64,000 bases of DNA from Macrostomum lignano. Lineage: Eukaryota. Positions 19,610 to 31,650 of the stretch are shown here, piece after piece. The stretch's first letter is position 1. The number at the start of each line of letters is the position of its first letter. Below the pieces are notes generated by a model that saw only the letters and a list, made by a program, of their open reading frames with translations, searched no databases and had not been told where the DNA came from. Made by a program: the position numbers and the translations under genes. The stretch lies in contig NIVC01000807.1 of NCBI GenBank assembly GCA_002269645.1, forward strand, positions 306,781 to 370,780. Direction: 5' to 3'.

Positions 19610-21235
19610 TAGACAGACAGACAGACACACAGACAGACAGACAGACACAGACAGACAGACAGACAGATGTACAAACAGATTTCCAGACAAATGACCAGGC
19701 AGACCAGCAGCCGTAAAATATTATTATTATTACTATCTGTTCCCCCGACATTGCAGGCCCAGGAGGCTTTCATGATGATGGACGCAGCAGTTTTAGCCCT
19801 GGGATTCAGCCGCGACTCCGAGATGCTCTGCTCCGGAGCTCAGGACGGCAAGATGAAGGTGTGGAAAATCCAAACCGGCCAGTGCCTGCGCAGATTCGAA
19901 CGGGCGCACACCCAGGGCGTCACGTGCGTCCAGTTCAGCAAGGACAACACGCACATTGTGTCTGCTAGTTTCGACTGTAGCGTCAGAATTCACGGGCTCA
20001 AGTCTGGCAAGTGTCTGAAAGAGTTTCTGGGTCACACTAGCTTTGTTAACGATGTAGCATTCAGTCTGGACGGGCATCAAATCATCTCGGCCAGTTCGGA
20101 TGGCACTGTCCGAGTGTGGGTGTCCAAAACTCAAGAGTGCGCGCAGTGCTTCAAACCCGCCCTGGCTGGAGCGGAGATTCCTGTGCAGTCGATTCACATT
20201 CTGCCCAAGACACCAGACCATCTTGTGGTGTGCAACAAAACCAACTCGGTGAGTGACTCTTGTTGACTCTGACTTTACAGTATTTTGTTTCTAATTTACT
20301 TGTGAGTTGGTTTCTACACTAATGCTGCTGAGCATAGGATTCAGTAAATCTGTGCCAGTCCAGGAAGACAGAGCCACCCTGATCAGCGCCACCCTAATCA
20401 GCATCACCCTAATCAGCACCACCCTAATCAGCATCACCCTAATCAGCATCACCCTAATCAGCGCCACCCTAATCAGCATCACCCTAATCAGCACCACCCT
20501 AATCAGCACCACCCTAATCAGCATCACACTAATCAGCATCACCCTAATCAGCATCACCCTAATCAGCACCACCCTAATCAGCATCACACTAATCAGCATC
20601 ACCATAATCAGCATCACCCTAATCAGCACCACCCTAATCAGCATCACTCTAATCAGCGCCATTCTAATCAGCGCCAACCTAATCAGCGCCACTCCAATCA
20701 GCATCACCCTAATCAGCACCACCCTAATCAGCATCACTCTAATCAGCGCCATTCTAATCAGCGCCAACCTAATCAGCGCCACTCCAATCAGCATCACCCT
20801 AATCAGCACCACCCTAATCAGCGCCATTCTAATCAGCGCCAACCTAATCAGCGCCACCCTAATCAGCGCCACTCCAATCAGCATCACCCTAATCAGCATC
20901 ACCCTAATTAGCGTCACCCCAGACAGAAGCAACTTCGATTTTCGTCCCCATCACAGGTGGTAATAATCAACATGCAAGGCCAGGTAGTGCGCAGCTTCTC
21001 GTCCGGCAAACGCGAGGGCGGCGATTTCATTTGCGCCACGGTGTCGCCCAGAGGCGAATGGATCTATTGCTGCGGTGAGGACAAGACTCTGTACTGTTTC
21101 TCTGTGCAGAGCGGCAAGCTGGAGCGGACCCTGGCCATCAGTGAACGGGAAATAATCGGCGTGGCGCACCACCCGCACCAGAACTTGATTGCGACTTACA
21201 GCGAGGACGGCCTGTTGAAACTGTGGAAGCCCTGA
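17658..21235 (+). CDS. SMU1: WD40 spliceosomal protein SMU1; join(17658..17840,18578..19159,19757..20248,20957..21235), 511 aa
   Basis: [57 protein letters not shown] end; all introns GT-AG, phase 0. Confidence 0.96.
17940..18478. repeat. (TCTG)n-type microsatellite, SMU1 intron 1
   Basis: Direct observation. Confidence 0.95.
19296..19668. repeat. (AGAC)n microsatellite, SMU1 intron 2
   Basis: Direct observation; opposite orientation to the intron 1 array. Confidence 0.95.
20375..20915. repeat. 15-bp minisatellite (ACCCTAATCAGCATC), SMU1 intron 3
   Basis: Direct observation. Confidence 0.95.
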
Positions 21236-22199
21236 CACTTATTAAGACAAATAAAAACTTTCCAAGCTTATTGTTATAGACGCATTGTTGTACTGTTTTT
21301 ATAATAATGGGAATGTCTGTTTAGTCAGAAATTAGGACTTAGAGATACGTCACATAGCCTAAACGTGTGCGAATCAAACCTGCTGATGCAGATAAAACAG
21401 AGTGGTAGCAGAAGCTGCACCCATGCTGAACTCACGGAATTGTTAAGTTAGACTATGCAGCGAATGTTCAGCATATTACACATAATATGGAACTTTCATT
21501 CTTCAAACAAAACGTTTGATACAAACCAGCACTTCTCTACTGAACGGTGATCAGACGAAGAAAATACGCTGCTACACTACTAACAATCAGAGTTCAGTAG
21601 TAGCTTACCTATCATACTTGTAGATTTACTCATGTATCCCGTCTGTAAGTACACACGCAAAAACGAAACAATGTGCAGATCTGTTAGATGGATGTTAGTT
21701 AGATCAATTAGTCCTCACCGCAAAACTAGTTCATAAAATTGATGATAGCCGGTCCGTAGGAATTCAATACGGCAGCGCCCCCTTCTTGATGCACGGACAC
21801 CGCGCGTTCCGTCTTCTCCTCACTGCTAGACGGTGTCACTTTCATGGTGCCATACAGAAATTTGGACATTGGTTTCTAGCTGGAGGAGTAATATTATATA
21901 TATGCCGTTGGCGACTGGCGTCTAATAGAATGCTTCGCAACCGCGATGTCCGTGGGTTTCAGAGCGGTGGGCAATGTACGCTTTGAAAATGGTCATTACG
22001 CATCAGTTAGGGCTCATTCACACTGCCATCCAATGAGCCACCAAATCACGCAACCAATGTACAAAGGAATCAAATTTGATGTACAAGTTGTGTGATCACA
22101 CGAAATTTGGCCTTATTTGAAGGCCGTGTAAACGAGCCTTTAGGATCTTTGAGCTTTGCGAATGCCAATTAAACTGCTCTTGAATTTCTCTCTGTGTAG

Positions 22200-22600
22200 A
22201 CCAGGACCTCTTCATTTCCAACGATCAGTAACTAGCTAAGATCTCTCGCCGTATACTAAAAGTTGTCAATGCTCTGCGCAGGCTCGTAGAGATTGGTGCA
22301 ATCAAAGATTATACACCAAGGTGTACACTGAGTTGATTCAACATACCATCCATGGTCCATTCACATCCATTCACTAGAATTGGCGAGTTCTAGTGAAAGC
22401 CACGTCCGTCAGTGTTGACCACCTTTTCCGTAGAATTTGTTGCAGTTTAAATTGGATACTACAGATGAAGGCCTTGATAGTAGCTGGTGAGCAGTGATCT
22501 CTATTCTTGCGCAACTCCATTAAGAAATGTAGCTGCACATAATCCCAATCGTCCTTCGTCCACTTCTCGACCTCCCTTAAGAACCTTCAGAGTAGTATAA
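22200..22600 (-). mobile_element. Possible degenerate Crypton/DUF3504 tyrosine-recombinase transposon fragment
   Basis: Minus-strand reading LHFLMELRKNRDHCSPATIKAFICSIQFKL..DVAFTRTRQ and MDGMLNQL resembles the N-terminal helices of DUF3504 proteins; broken by stops. Confidence 0.3.
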
Positions 22601-23023
22601 AATTGCAATCTCCAGTCTTCATACCACTTTAGCAACTTGCCGAAATTCCAGTTAGCTCGCTTCAGTGTATTGGCGGGGATGTCGAGCGTCTAGCGAGCGT
22701 ATCGATTTTGGCGTCAGCATCTGGATGTTGCTTAGATCTTCCAAGTTAGGACATCCACTGATAAACCCCTAAGTCTGTTACACTAAGCTCTAAGTTTAAA
22801 AATTGAAATCAGGACTTTAGAGGGAGCGGAGAATACTTTGATATTAAAAATGCTTGACAAAACAATGAAAACCGGACGGAAGCCTCAATCCATTCAATCT
22901 TCGTCCTCCGCTCTTGGCAATCCCTCCTCACCCAGCCGTCACTCAAAAGTCAATACTGAGCTAGACTGCGCACTCTCAAAGGTGGCAACTTTTTTATGTT
23001 GTTGAGTTTACTTTCGCCTTTTA

Positions 23024-23392
23024 ACCCCACTATACCACTTGACTAACTAATGCCAGGGGCGTGGGGGGCGGCCAGCCCCCACTATACCACTAGACTAACT
23101 AATGCCAGGGGCGTGGGGGGCGGCCAGCCCCCCACTATACCACTAGACTAACTAATGCCAAGGGGCGTGGGGGCGGCCAGCCCCCCACTATACCACTAGA
23201 CTAACTAATGCCAGGGGCGTGGGGGCGGCCAGCCCCCCACTATACCACTAGACTAACTAATGCCAAGGGGCGTGGGGGCGGCCAGCCCCCCACTATACCA
23301 CTAGACTAACTAATGCCAAGGGGCGTGGGGGGCGGCCAGCCCCCCACTATACCACTAGACTAACTAATGACAAGGGGCGTGGGGGGCGGCCT
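23024..23392. repeat. ~53-54-bp tandem repeat (~7 units), each with GC hairpin followed by CTAG
   Basis: CCCCACTATACCACTAGACTAACTAATGCCAGGGGCGTGGGGGGCGGCCAGC units. Confidence 0.9.
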
Positions 23393-24689
23393 TAATTGAT
23401 TGATTCATTGCAGAAGCTACTACTGTTGGTTTCTATGACCTTAATAACAAGTAATAAAACAAGAAAAATTCATACTTTATCCTTTATTATTATTATTACG
23501 AGTGTAGTTCGTTCTCTTCTGCAACGCAATTTTCACACGCTCGTCCGTAACTACTTGTCTACTTGTAAATACTTATACATATGTGTTAATTAACAATTAT
23601 TATAATTGCAATTACGACTCTGTGCGCGCTTTTTAACTTTCTCTTGTTCGTTTTATTGATTGGAAAAAAACAATAAACTTTCACTTCTTGCTAGACCTAT
23701 TGGCAGTTCGTATACTTATAAAGGTATGTGTTAAGCGGTCTGTGTCTGCTTTTTTAGTGTCTTCTTTGCATAGTTATTATATCTAATGCTTCCATAGGTT
23801 TCCAGGCTCAGTTCTTGTTGTCATGTGCCTTGGACTGTGTCTTTGGAGAGGACAACTGACTAAGAGTATCTTTCAAAAGTATATGGTGCCCTACAAATGA
23901 CTTACGCCCTCTGTAAAAACATCTGTAGGAAGGCTGCGGGCACCCTGGCGAAACGCCTTCGGCGGCATCGTCCCACAAGCAGCGCTGAGGCAATTCTGCC
24001 CATTCCGCTGACTCCTGAGTAAGGCAGCTGAAATGACTTTGATAAGTTTAGAAGCCCAAGCTTGCAGGCGTAAACAACTTGCTAATTGGTTCAGCAATAA
24101 TGTACATTAGCCAGTCCACTGAAATGTACATGGCAGCTTTAGGCTGGAATTCCGAGAAAGGCAATAAAAATTGAGGCGGGGGCGGGGGAGTAGTGTGGAA
24201 AGGCGCGGTTTAAAGGAGGGTTTAAGCTGGGGGTAAGAGTCAATGAATGAGCCTTGGCTTTAAAAATGCATTAAAATGCTTCTGTTTACCTTACTACTGA
24301 ACTGAAAGTAGCTTACACGCAAATGTGCTGACTTGCCCTTCTAGTATCTGTGGTCTAAGGTGCCAAAATTAGGTAAAACGCCTGCAACGAAGAATTCGGT
24401 CAGTCCTCCGACACGATTAAAGTAATCTATTTTGAGAGATGAGATGTAGAAACAGAACAATTTTGCCGTTGTCCTCGAGTACTAAGGTCACCTGTCCGGT
24501 ATTGGAGGCTTGTATTTCAATACTGAAAATACTCTATATAAAGATAGGAGCCATCAGGCAGAGGATAAAATATTTTTAAGAGATTGAGAGATAGATAGTG
24601 CTGATCAGTACTGCAGCGAGGTACCCTAGTGATATTTTAAGTGTTACGAATTATCCAAGATGTATTCAGTTTTCAAAGCGCGGTGTAAT

Positions 24690-27600
24690 TCATTTTCTTG
24701 TCACTGTAACGGTCACGACAGTGTCCACCGCAGCTCTGGCACCTCGTCGAGTTCCGGATGGCGGCTGCACCAGCAGCTGATTGCCCTCTAGCCGGCTTGT
24801 GTATCCGCCAGTCACATTGACAGACGCTCCGCTCGGGTAGTGCACCGAAATTGGCAGGAACACCACGGTGGGCGCGCGCACTTCCGGGTCGGGCTGGTAG
24901 GCGAAATCGAACCGGCCGCTGGTCAGGTTGAATTTGTAGCTAACTGGCTGGCCAGCTGTTGCCATGGGGTACGCGCGGGCGAAGGACCGGACAACATCCC
25001 AGTTCCAGCTGCCGTCGGCCCGGGTGAAGTTTGAGTCCCAGTAGGTCCAGGACTGCTGCTCCTCGTCCGTGCGTTGAAGCACCTCGTTGCACTCGATTGT
25101 GCCAGTGGCGCTGCGGTTTCGGTTTGAGCAATTATTTAGGTAACCTTAGCTTTCCTGCTCACTACCACTCCAGATCAGTTAGGTAATTGCACTCCTGGAG
25201 TTTCAGGGGGTCCAACCCTTCCATCCCCCGAAGGCGCTGTGAAAGTTTAATATTACTTTAATAATTAGTAATTGATTTCACCTGCCCCAATGGGCAGATG
25301 TGCGACCGACAGCTCAGCCGCAGCTATTGCGCGTCGCATCTGAAGGCTGCGTACGTCTGTTCAGTCTAAGGGTCACCACACACACCCTCAATTACCCCAG
25401 CTAATGCTGGCACCCATTTTACAACTGGGTGAACTGAAGAAATGCAGGAGTTAAGTGTTCCGCCGAGTAGGTCAAGAATCGAATCCCCGACCTTTCAGTT
25501 GTGAGTCCGACGCTCTTAACCACTAGGCTACAACCATCTCTACACTATTACAGTATAGTTACTGGATATTTGCTGAATGAACCATCTTCACCAGCCTACT
25601 TGCAGTAGCCACATACGTACATATATCAGGAAAGAATATAAAATTCAAGACAAACTTGGCCTGTCCAGTCGGCGCACAGAGTCCAAACTCGGTGAGGAAT
25701 CGGCCGCCGCCTGTGGCAGCAGTGGCCTCTTTTGCATTTTCTAAGTTTCTAGTCAGTAGCAGGGCGTCGCAGGCGAGCCGCTTCCACAGGGGATAGATGC
25801 CGTCTCCGGGCGAGACTATCCAGCAGTAGTAGTGATAGCTCAGAGCGCTCCGGTTGGCGTTAGCCGGGCCGCCCGGCAACCGGTCGAACCCGGTGCCCCC
25901 GGAACCGGTGCCGCCTACCACCAGCGACCAGGTGACCGGCTCGTAGAACACAATTCTGCTCGGGTCTTCTTTTGCAAGCACCTGCATGGGTAAGCAACGG
26001 TGTCGGCGTTGCGGTGGTGTAAATTCTTGTTAAGTAGTTTTTTTAAATACTGGCATCTCGTCACTTGAAAAGTAATCGAAGAGCATCATATCCTCAGTGG
26101 ACAGTCGCTATAAGCAGGAGGTCAATGACCAGCATTCACTGTGGCTCGATCTTCAATGGATTCCATATACACACCAGAGAACAAATCCTTATGAGTGCTT
26201 CAATGGCCATTCATTGAAACTACAAGACTCTAGTCATACATAAAAGCGCATGCTATAATAGTACTAGTAATTAAAATTATTAATATTTATTATTGACTAC
26301 AACTGCCTTAGATGTGCAACCGACAGCTCTACCGAAGCTATTGCGCGGCGCATCTGAAGGCTGCGTACGGGTGCTCACTCTAATGACGGGGGGAGGTCGC
26401 CACACACCCTCAATTACCCCAGCTAATGCTGGCACCAATTTTATAGCTGGTGATTACTAAAGCAATGCAGAGTTAAGTGTCCTGCACATGGGCACAAATT
26501 GTTCCTAGTGGGTCGAGAATCGAACCCCCGACCCTCTATTCGTGAGTCCAACGCTCTAACCACAAGGCCGCCATATAGCATATGCGCAACAGATTGCCCA
26601 AGACATGGCCCGCAATTCCACCTGGGTCAGATAGTCGTACACAGGCAGCAGGTTGTCCCGGCCGGCCACGCCAGGCAGCAGCAGCGCTGGCCGGTTGTAG
26701 ACATCGCCAGCCCACGGTTCGTTGATGAGCTCGTAGCCAAGCACGTGATCGCTTGTGCGCACAGCTGACGCCAAGGAGCGCCAGAAGTTGGCCCAGTGCG
26801 TTAGGGAGCCAGACTCGTTCTTGTATAGATATTGGAATGCGCTACCTACTGCCCAGGTGATGTAACCTTCAGCCCATTGACTGGGCGTGGGCGGCCCTGG
26901 CAGCGGCCACGGGTACGGCTGCGGCGGAGGTGGGAACGAGTCGACCAGCCAGCGGGGTACGCCGTCGTAGCTCTGAAGTTTTTTTCACAATAATAATAAC
27001 AATAATTACGATTATTGATTACACCTGCCCTAATGAGCAGATGTGCAACCGACAGCTCAGCCGCAGCTATTGTCGTTCAGTCCAAGGACTGGGGGTTCGC
27101 CACACACCCTCAATTATCCCAGCTAATCCTGGCACCCATTTTACAGCTGGGTGAGCTGAAGCAATGCAGAGTTAAAAGTCTCGCTCAAGGACACAAATTG
27201 TTCCGAGTGGGTCGAGAATCGAACCCCCGACCCTCCAGTCGTGAGTCCGACGCTCTAACCACTAGGCTGCAACCTCTCCTCTTATTCTGGTTTCGCCTTG
27301 GGATCGAACTCCGAAACTGCACTCTCCGTCACGTTCAACCAGCGAACTCACCCCGTACTTGCTAGTCAGCACGTCCTGGTGCATATCCATAATCGAGTAC
27401 ATGCCGTGCTCCGCCAGTGTTGTCACGATCTTGCTCAGCACAGCCAGGTAGGTGGCATTCACAGCGTCTTTTCTGGGCTGCACGCCGGCCCACATTGTGC
27501 CGAGCCGCACAGCATTGAAGCCCCAGTCCTGGTAGGCCCTCAGCCGACTCGCGTTGAGCATCTGGTCCGGGTACCATGGTGGCTGCTTCAGCACGCTGTT

Positions 27601-27750
27601 AATACCGTGAAATATTCGAACACGGCCAAAACCGTCCACAAACTGGCCTCGACTGTTCACGCTGATTTTGTTGGCCGAGTCGGCCGTGGCCGAAGGCAGC
27701 AGCAGCAGGAGCAGCCGGAAAGCTGTCCACAGTAGCTGGTCACGTGACAT
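24690..27750 (-). CDS. Endoglycoceramidase-like GH5 glycosidase; complement(join(24690..25110,25656..25981,26622..26972,27352..27750)), 498 aa with signal peptide
   Basis: Signal peptide; VDGFGRVRIFHGIN, WGFNAVRLGTMW, DMHQD, YELINEP (acid/base Glu), FLTEFG (nucleophile Glu), SWTYW, YPMATAG; exon phases join. Confidence 0.88.
25265..25535 (-). mobile_element. tRNA-derived SINE copy (EGCase intron 3)
   Basis: Reverse complement begins GGTTGTAGCCTAGTGG (A box) ... GATTCGATTC (B box), same body as other copies. Confidence 0.8.
26295..26572 (-). mobile_element. tRNA-derived SINE copy (EGCase intron 2)
   Basis: Same family body and head. Confidence 0.8.
27010..27274 (-). mobile_element. tRNA-derived SINE copy (EGCase intron 1)
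   Basis: Same family; part of the body replaced or deleted. Confidence 0.8.
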
Positions 27751-28181
27751 TGGCTCGGAGCGGACGCAGTGCTGCAAGGTGAATCAGAACTCTTATTCGT
27801 TCGTTTAGCGCACAGCAGGGGCTCGCTTTTAATGACGAGCTAAAAGTGATAAGCCGCTAACAGATAAGAACTGAAAGGAAAGACTATAGCTAGCTGGATT
27901 GGAGGCGCAGTGAATAGAGAAAGTTATCATGTCCAGTAATCAAATTCAATTCTCCTGCGACATTTTCTCTCTGCCTGCCAAGCCTGACAGAAAACAGAAA
28001 GCTGCACATATATCAATAATTATGTTGATTTAATGTTCCTTCTGGCCATTCGGTACCTAAGCAGAAGCTTTGCTATGGCGAGTTTTGCATCGGATGATGG
28101 CTATTCTGGGCAAGAAAAGAGCTAGAGGCACATGATTGGCAATAAAACGAAGACTGATGAACTTGGATGTAGCAAAATTTG

Positions 28182-28185
<4 letters not shown>

Positions 28186-28260
<75 letters not shown>
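28186..28260. repeat. (GA)n microsatellite
   Basis: Direct observation. Confidence 0.95.
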
Positions 28261-28264
<4 letters not shown>

Positions 28265-31200
28265 AATTTAATAGCAATGCAGAAATTCGCATGTTAAACT
28301 TCGATGGAGCATTGCGTTGCTCATTTGGGGAACACTTGCTCTTTGAATCAGACGCTTCATCATTAACCAACGTAGGATAATTGGGCCTGGATTTAGAGAT
28401 ATGCGGAGTTTGTTCTAGCCTAGCCTTGCTTTTCTATGCTCCAACTGCCAGTAGTAAAAACTGCTGGCCTTGGTCTAAGATTGATGGCCCTCTACGAAAG
28501 CAGATTGTTTACGGATATTTAAGGTTTCATACAATAAAGCACAGGCTCTGAGGTCGAACGTCTGGGGATTATGGAGCGCTTAAATAAATTCTCAGCCTAA
28601 ATAGGCCCTCAAGGCCGTTGCCATAGCATTCTCTCTGATTTGCCAGCGGCAGCTTGACGTCCCTGTACCGTTGCTAAAAATAAAAATATCACGGGCGGGC
28701 GAGAAAGAGATAAGTTGCAAAAGCGCAGGACAAGACAATGATATGGGAGATAGAGGAATTTGATGAAGGGGTGTGATACTGTACTTCGAGCACGGATACC
28801 GCAGTGGAGAAGTCCGGTGAGGGCAGAGAGCGTTGGGGCAAGAGATGGTGGGGAGGCGGGAGAAGCCGCACTCAACCCTGGACCATCCCGCGTCTCCTAA
28901 ACCAGGGCCCGCAGAAGGGGAGCCATCCAACTCGAAACAGTGATGAGGCTCTCGGGCGCTGTAGATGGGTTTTCCGCTGGGCTGCACAGAGATCAACCAC
29001 AAGCAAGGGAACTTCTTTCGAAATGATTTAGATTTGAACATGGAAGGAGTCAATTAGAAACTACCTCACGATAGCAGCCAACAATGGTCAATGAGCATTT
29101 CAATTTGATCTCTGTAAAAGTGAAAGTTCGCGTGGATCGTCAGAAATCTGAGGATCAGACTGGAAAACATTATAAGCATTCCCTACTGTTTGCACTTGGG
29201 AGTTGGGACAAAATTCTCATCAATGATATTTTAAAGTGCAGAGTTGCACTGCAGACTGCAAAGAGTCGAGTAGATTTAGAAGCATCGGAGAGCAAGTTGG
29301 GCTGGTTGGAAAATGGAAATCGGTTTAAAGAAAAAGGTCATAAAAGGAGGGACAGGGGAGCCGGATGAACAGACAGTCCGGCAACCTGAAGTCAATTGCA
29401 ATCACTGAACTGGGAAGCGCACTGCAACCTGCTCTCCGCCCCGTGCGTTCTCTTCGCCCCCCCCCAGACAGCGGACTCTGGTTGACGGTAGCCAAAGCTT
29501 CTGCCTCGTTACTTCTTCAGAATCGATAATCTACATCCTCGGCACCGAACCTAGCCCCCCCCCCCTATAATCAAGCCGCTCCTCTAGGGGAGAGGGACGG
29601 AGAGAGAGAGATAGCAGAAGAGAGGACCGTCTCGGGAAAATTGGCTCAGCTTTATATCCCGGCTAAGCTGTCAGAAATGCACTCCTCGATCGGCCTATCT
29701 AGTTGAGAGGAGTCCCTGCCACTGATAAACACTCGCGTCATCTCCAGAGCATCCCCTTCCCTCTCCACTCGATTTCATTTTCCTCGCCGCCATGCTGAGC
29801 GCAATATAAAGCGATGCTTATTTTTCTCATCCATCCATGGCTTCTTTTGCTCTCCTATCCGGTGCCGGGTTCAAGTCCTAATTAGGGAAAAGTGAATGCG
29901 CTGCTTCTTCGTTTCTCTCTCCTGGGGCCGCCGGCTAGAGGGCTGCTGCCGATCGGCAGGACTTGGGACTAGCAGCTGAAGAGGAAGGGGGCGCTGTCTC
30001 CCAGAGCTGAGCTGTCGCTACCCGCAGATCGAGACCCGGCGGGCCTTCGCATTCGCTTGCTGGCGAGGCACCATGCAGCGAACCACGGCGAGTGTGGTTG
30101 TGCAGCAGGACGCATTGGACCACAAGAATAGGCCTCTCCTCAGTTGGATTGGCTCGCAGCTTTACTACATACACTATTCCTATTTGCCTTGCCTTGTTCT
30201 GTTCCCCAAGCGCCTTCTCCCTCTCTTCCGTCTCTCTCTCTCTCTCTCATTCCTCCCCGTCCCTCAACACCCAGCGGACAACTGCGCGCATTTTTGGCTT
30301 GACTTGGGGTTGGGAGCACTTCGCAACCTGGCTTTGGTGGGCGCTGCTGTTGGGGTTGTCGCCTAGCTGAACAACTATTTAGCTACTGCGACAGGCGTAC
30401 CCCCCATGCAGACCAGCAGTTCCTTTGCACACAGACCGGACCAGGGCTTGCGTCAAGTCAACGGCAACCCCTCCGTTCCCAGCTATAGTCCAGGCTTATA
30501 GTCGGCCTATAGTGCTGCATACTGCGGTTTGGAGAGCTAGAGAGAGAGAGCGCGGGCCAAGTCTGTTTACTCAGCCGCTTCAGGCTGGCATCCCTGCACT
30601 GCATCTTTTCTCTCCAGCCTCCCCCCATCCCTCTCAGACTCTTTTATTTCCCTCTAAGTCTCTGGTCCAGTTTCCGTTAGAGAGGCCCACCTTTGACGAG
30701 ACAGTTTTACTGCCCACTTTGATCTTTTATGGTTTAGCGATAGCCAGCTATAACTGGATCAGGGAAAACTGCCAGAAAGAACTCCATTGTCTATTGGAAT
30801 GCAATACTCCCACCATTGTTACTAATCTGCTGAATAGAGTGCCTTCCTGTCTGGAGCCCTGAGCCATGTCCTGGCACAGGCTCGCTTAGAGACGCGGCCA
30901 GAGCGGCAGGACTCAATTTTAAACAAGTGCGCTTTGCTCGAGGTAAGTAAAATCGAATTGAGTGGGAGAAGAAATTCAAAACTGGCTGCCACTCTGTTTT
31001 AGACGATTCTCTCACCACTGTGTAAGGCTTTCATTCATAGCGTGGGGGAGCAGCAATCGAGGCGGGAATTAAGCGGAAGAAGGGGTCCAAAGAAAAAGTC
31101 GATCATTCTCTTCTTCTTTCGGGGGGGGGGATCGGAAATCGGTACTGGAAAGGCTGCCTGCAAGCAACACCGCGCCCGGCAGCGCTGCTGAGCAGAGACG

Positions 31201-31429
31201 GGAAGAGAAAACAAACACTAAGGCGTGAAATGAGAAGGCGACACAGGCATGGCAGCGCTGCAGTGCGGTGCTCAACTAGCCAGACGCTAGTGGCGTTCCG
31301 TTTCCCACAGAAGTGAATTATTAATTGATCATATTTTGTTTTGCAAATTTCGTTAAAGCAGCAACAGCAGCAGCAGAAAGTTTTATGTAACCTGACTGTT
31401 TTCAGCACCTGACCAATCTGTACCATAGA

Positions 31430-31650
31430 CAACAAACAGATAGGTTGATAGGTTGAGCCATAGACAGCACGCAGATAGGTTGGGCCAAAGACAACACGCA
31501 GATAGGTTGGGCCATAGACAACACGCAGATAGGTTGAGCCATAGACAAAACGCAGATAGGTTGGGCCATAGACAAAATGCAGATAGGTTGATACTTTGGG
31601 CCATAGATAAGACGCAGAAACAAAGTAGGTTGGGCCATAGACAACACGCA
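31430..31650. repeat. 27-bp minisatellite (GCAGATAGGTTGGGCCATAGACAACAC)
   Basis: Tandem units; its last unit plus flank has a dispersed relative at ~45605-45670. Confidence 0.85.
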
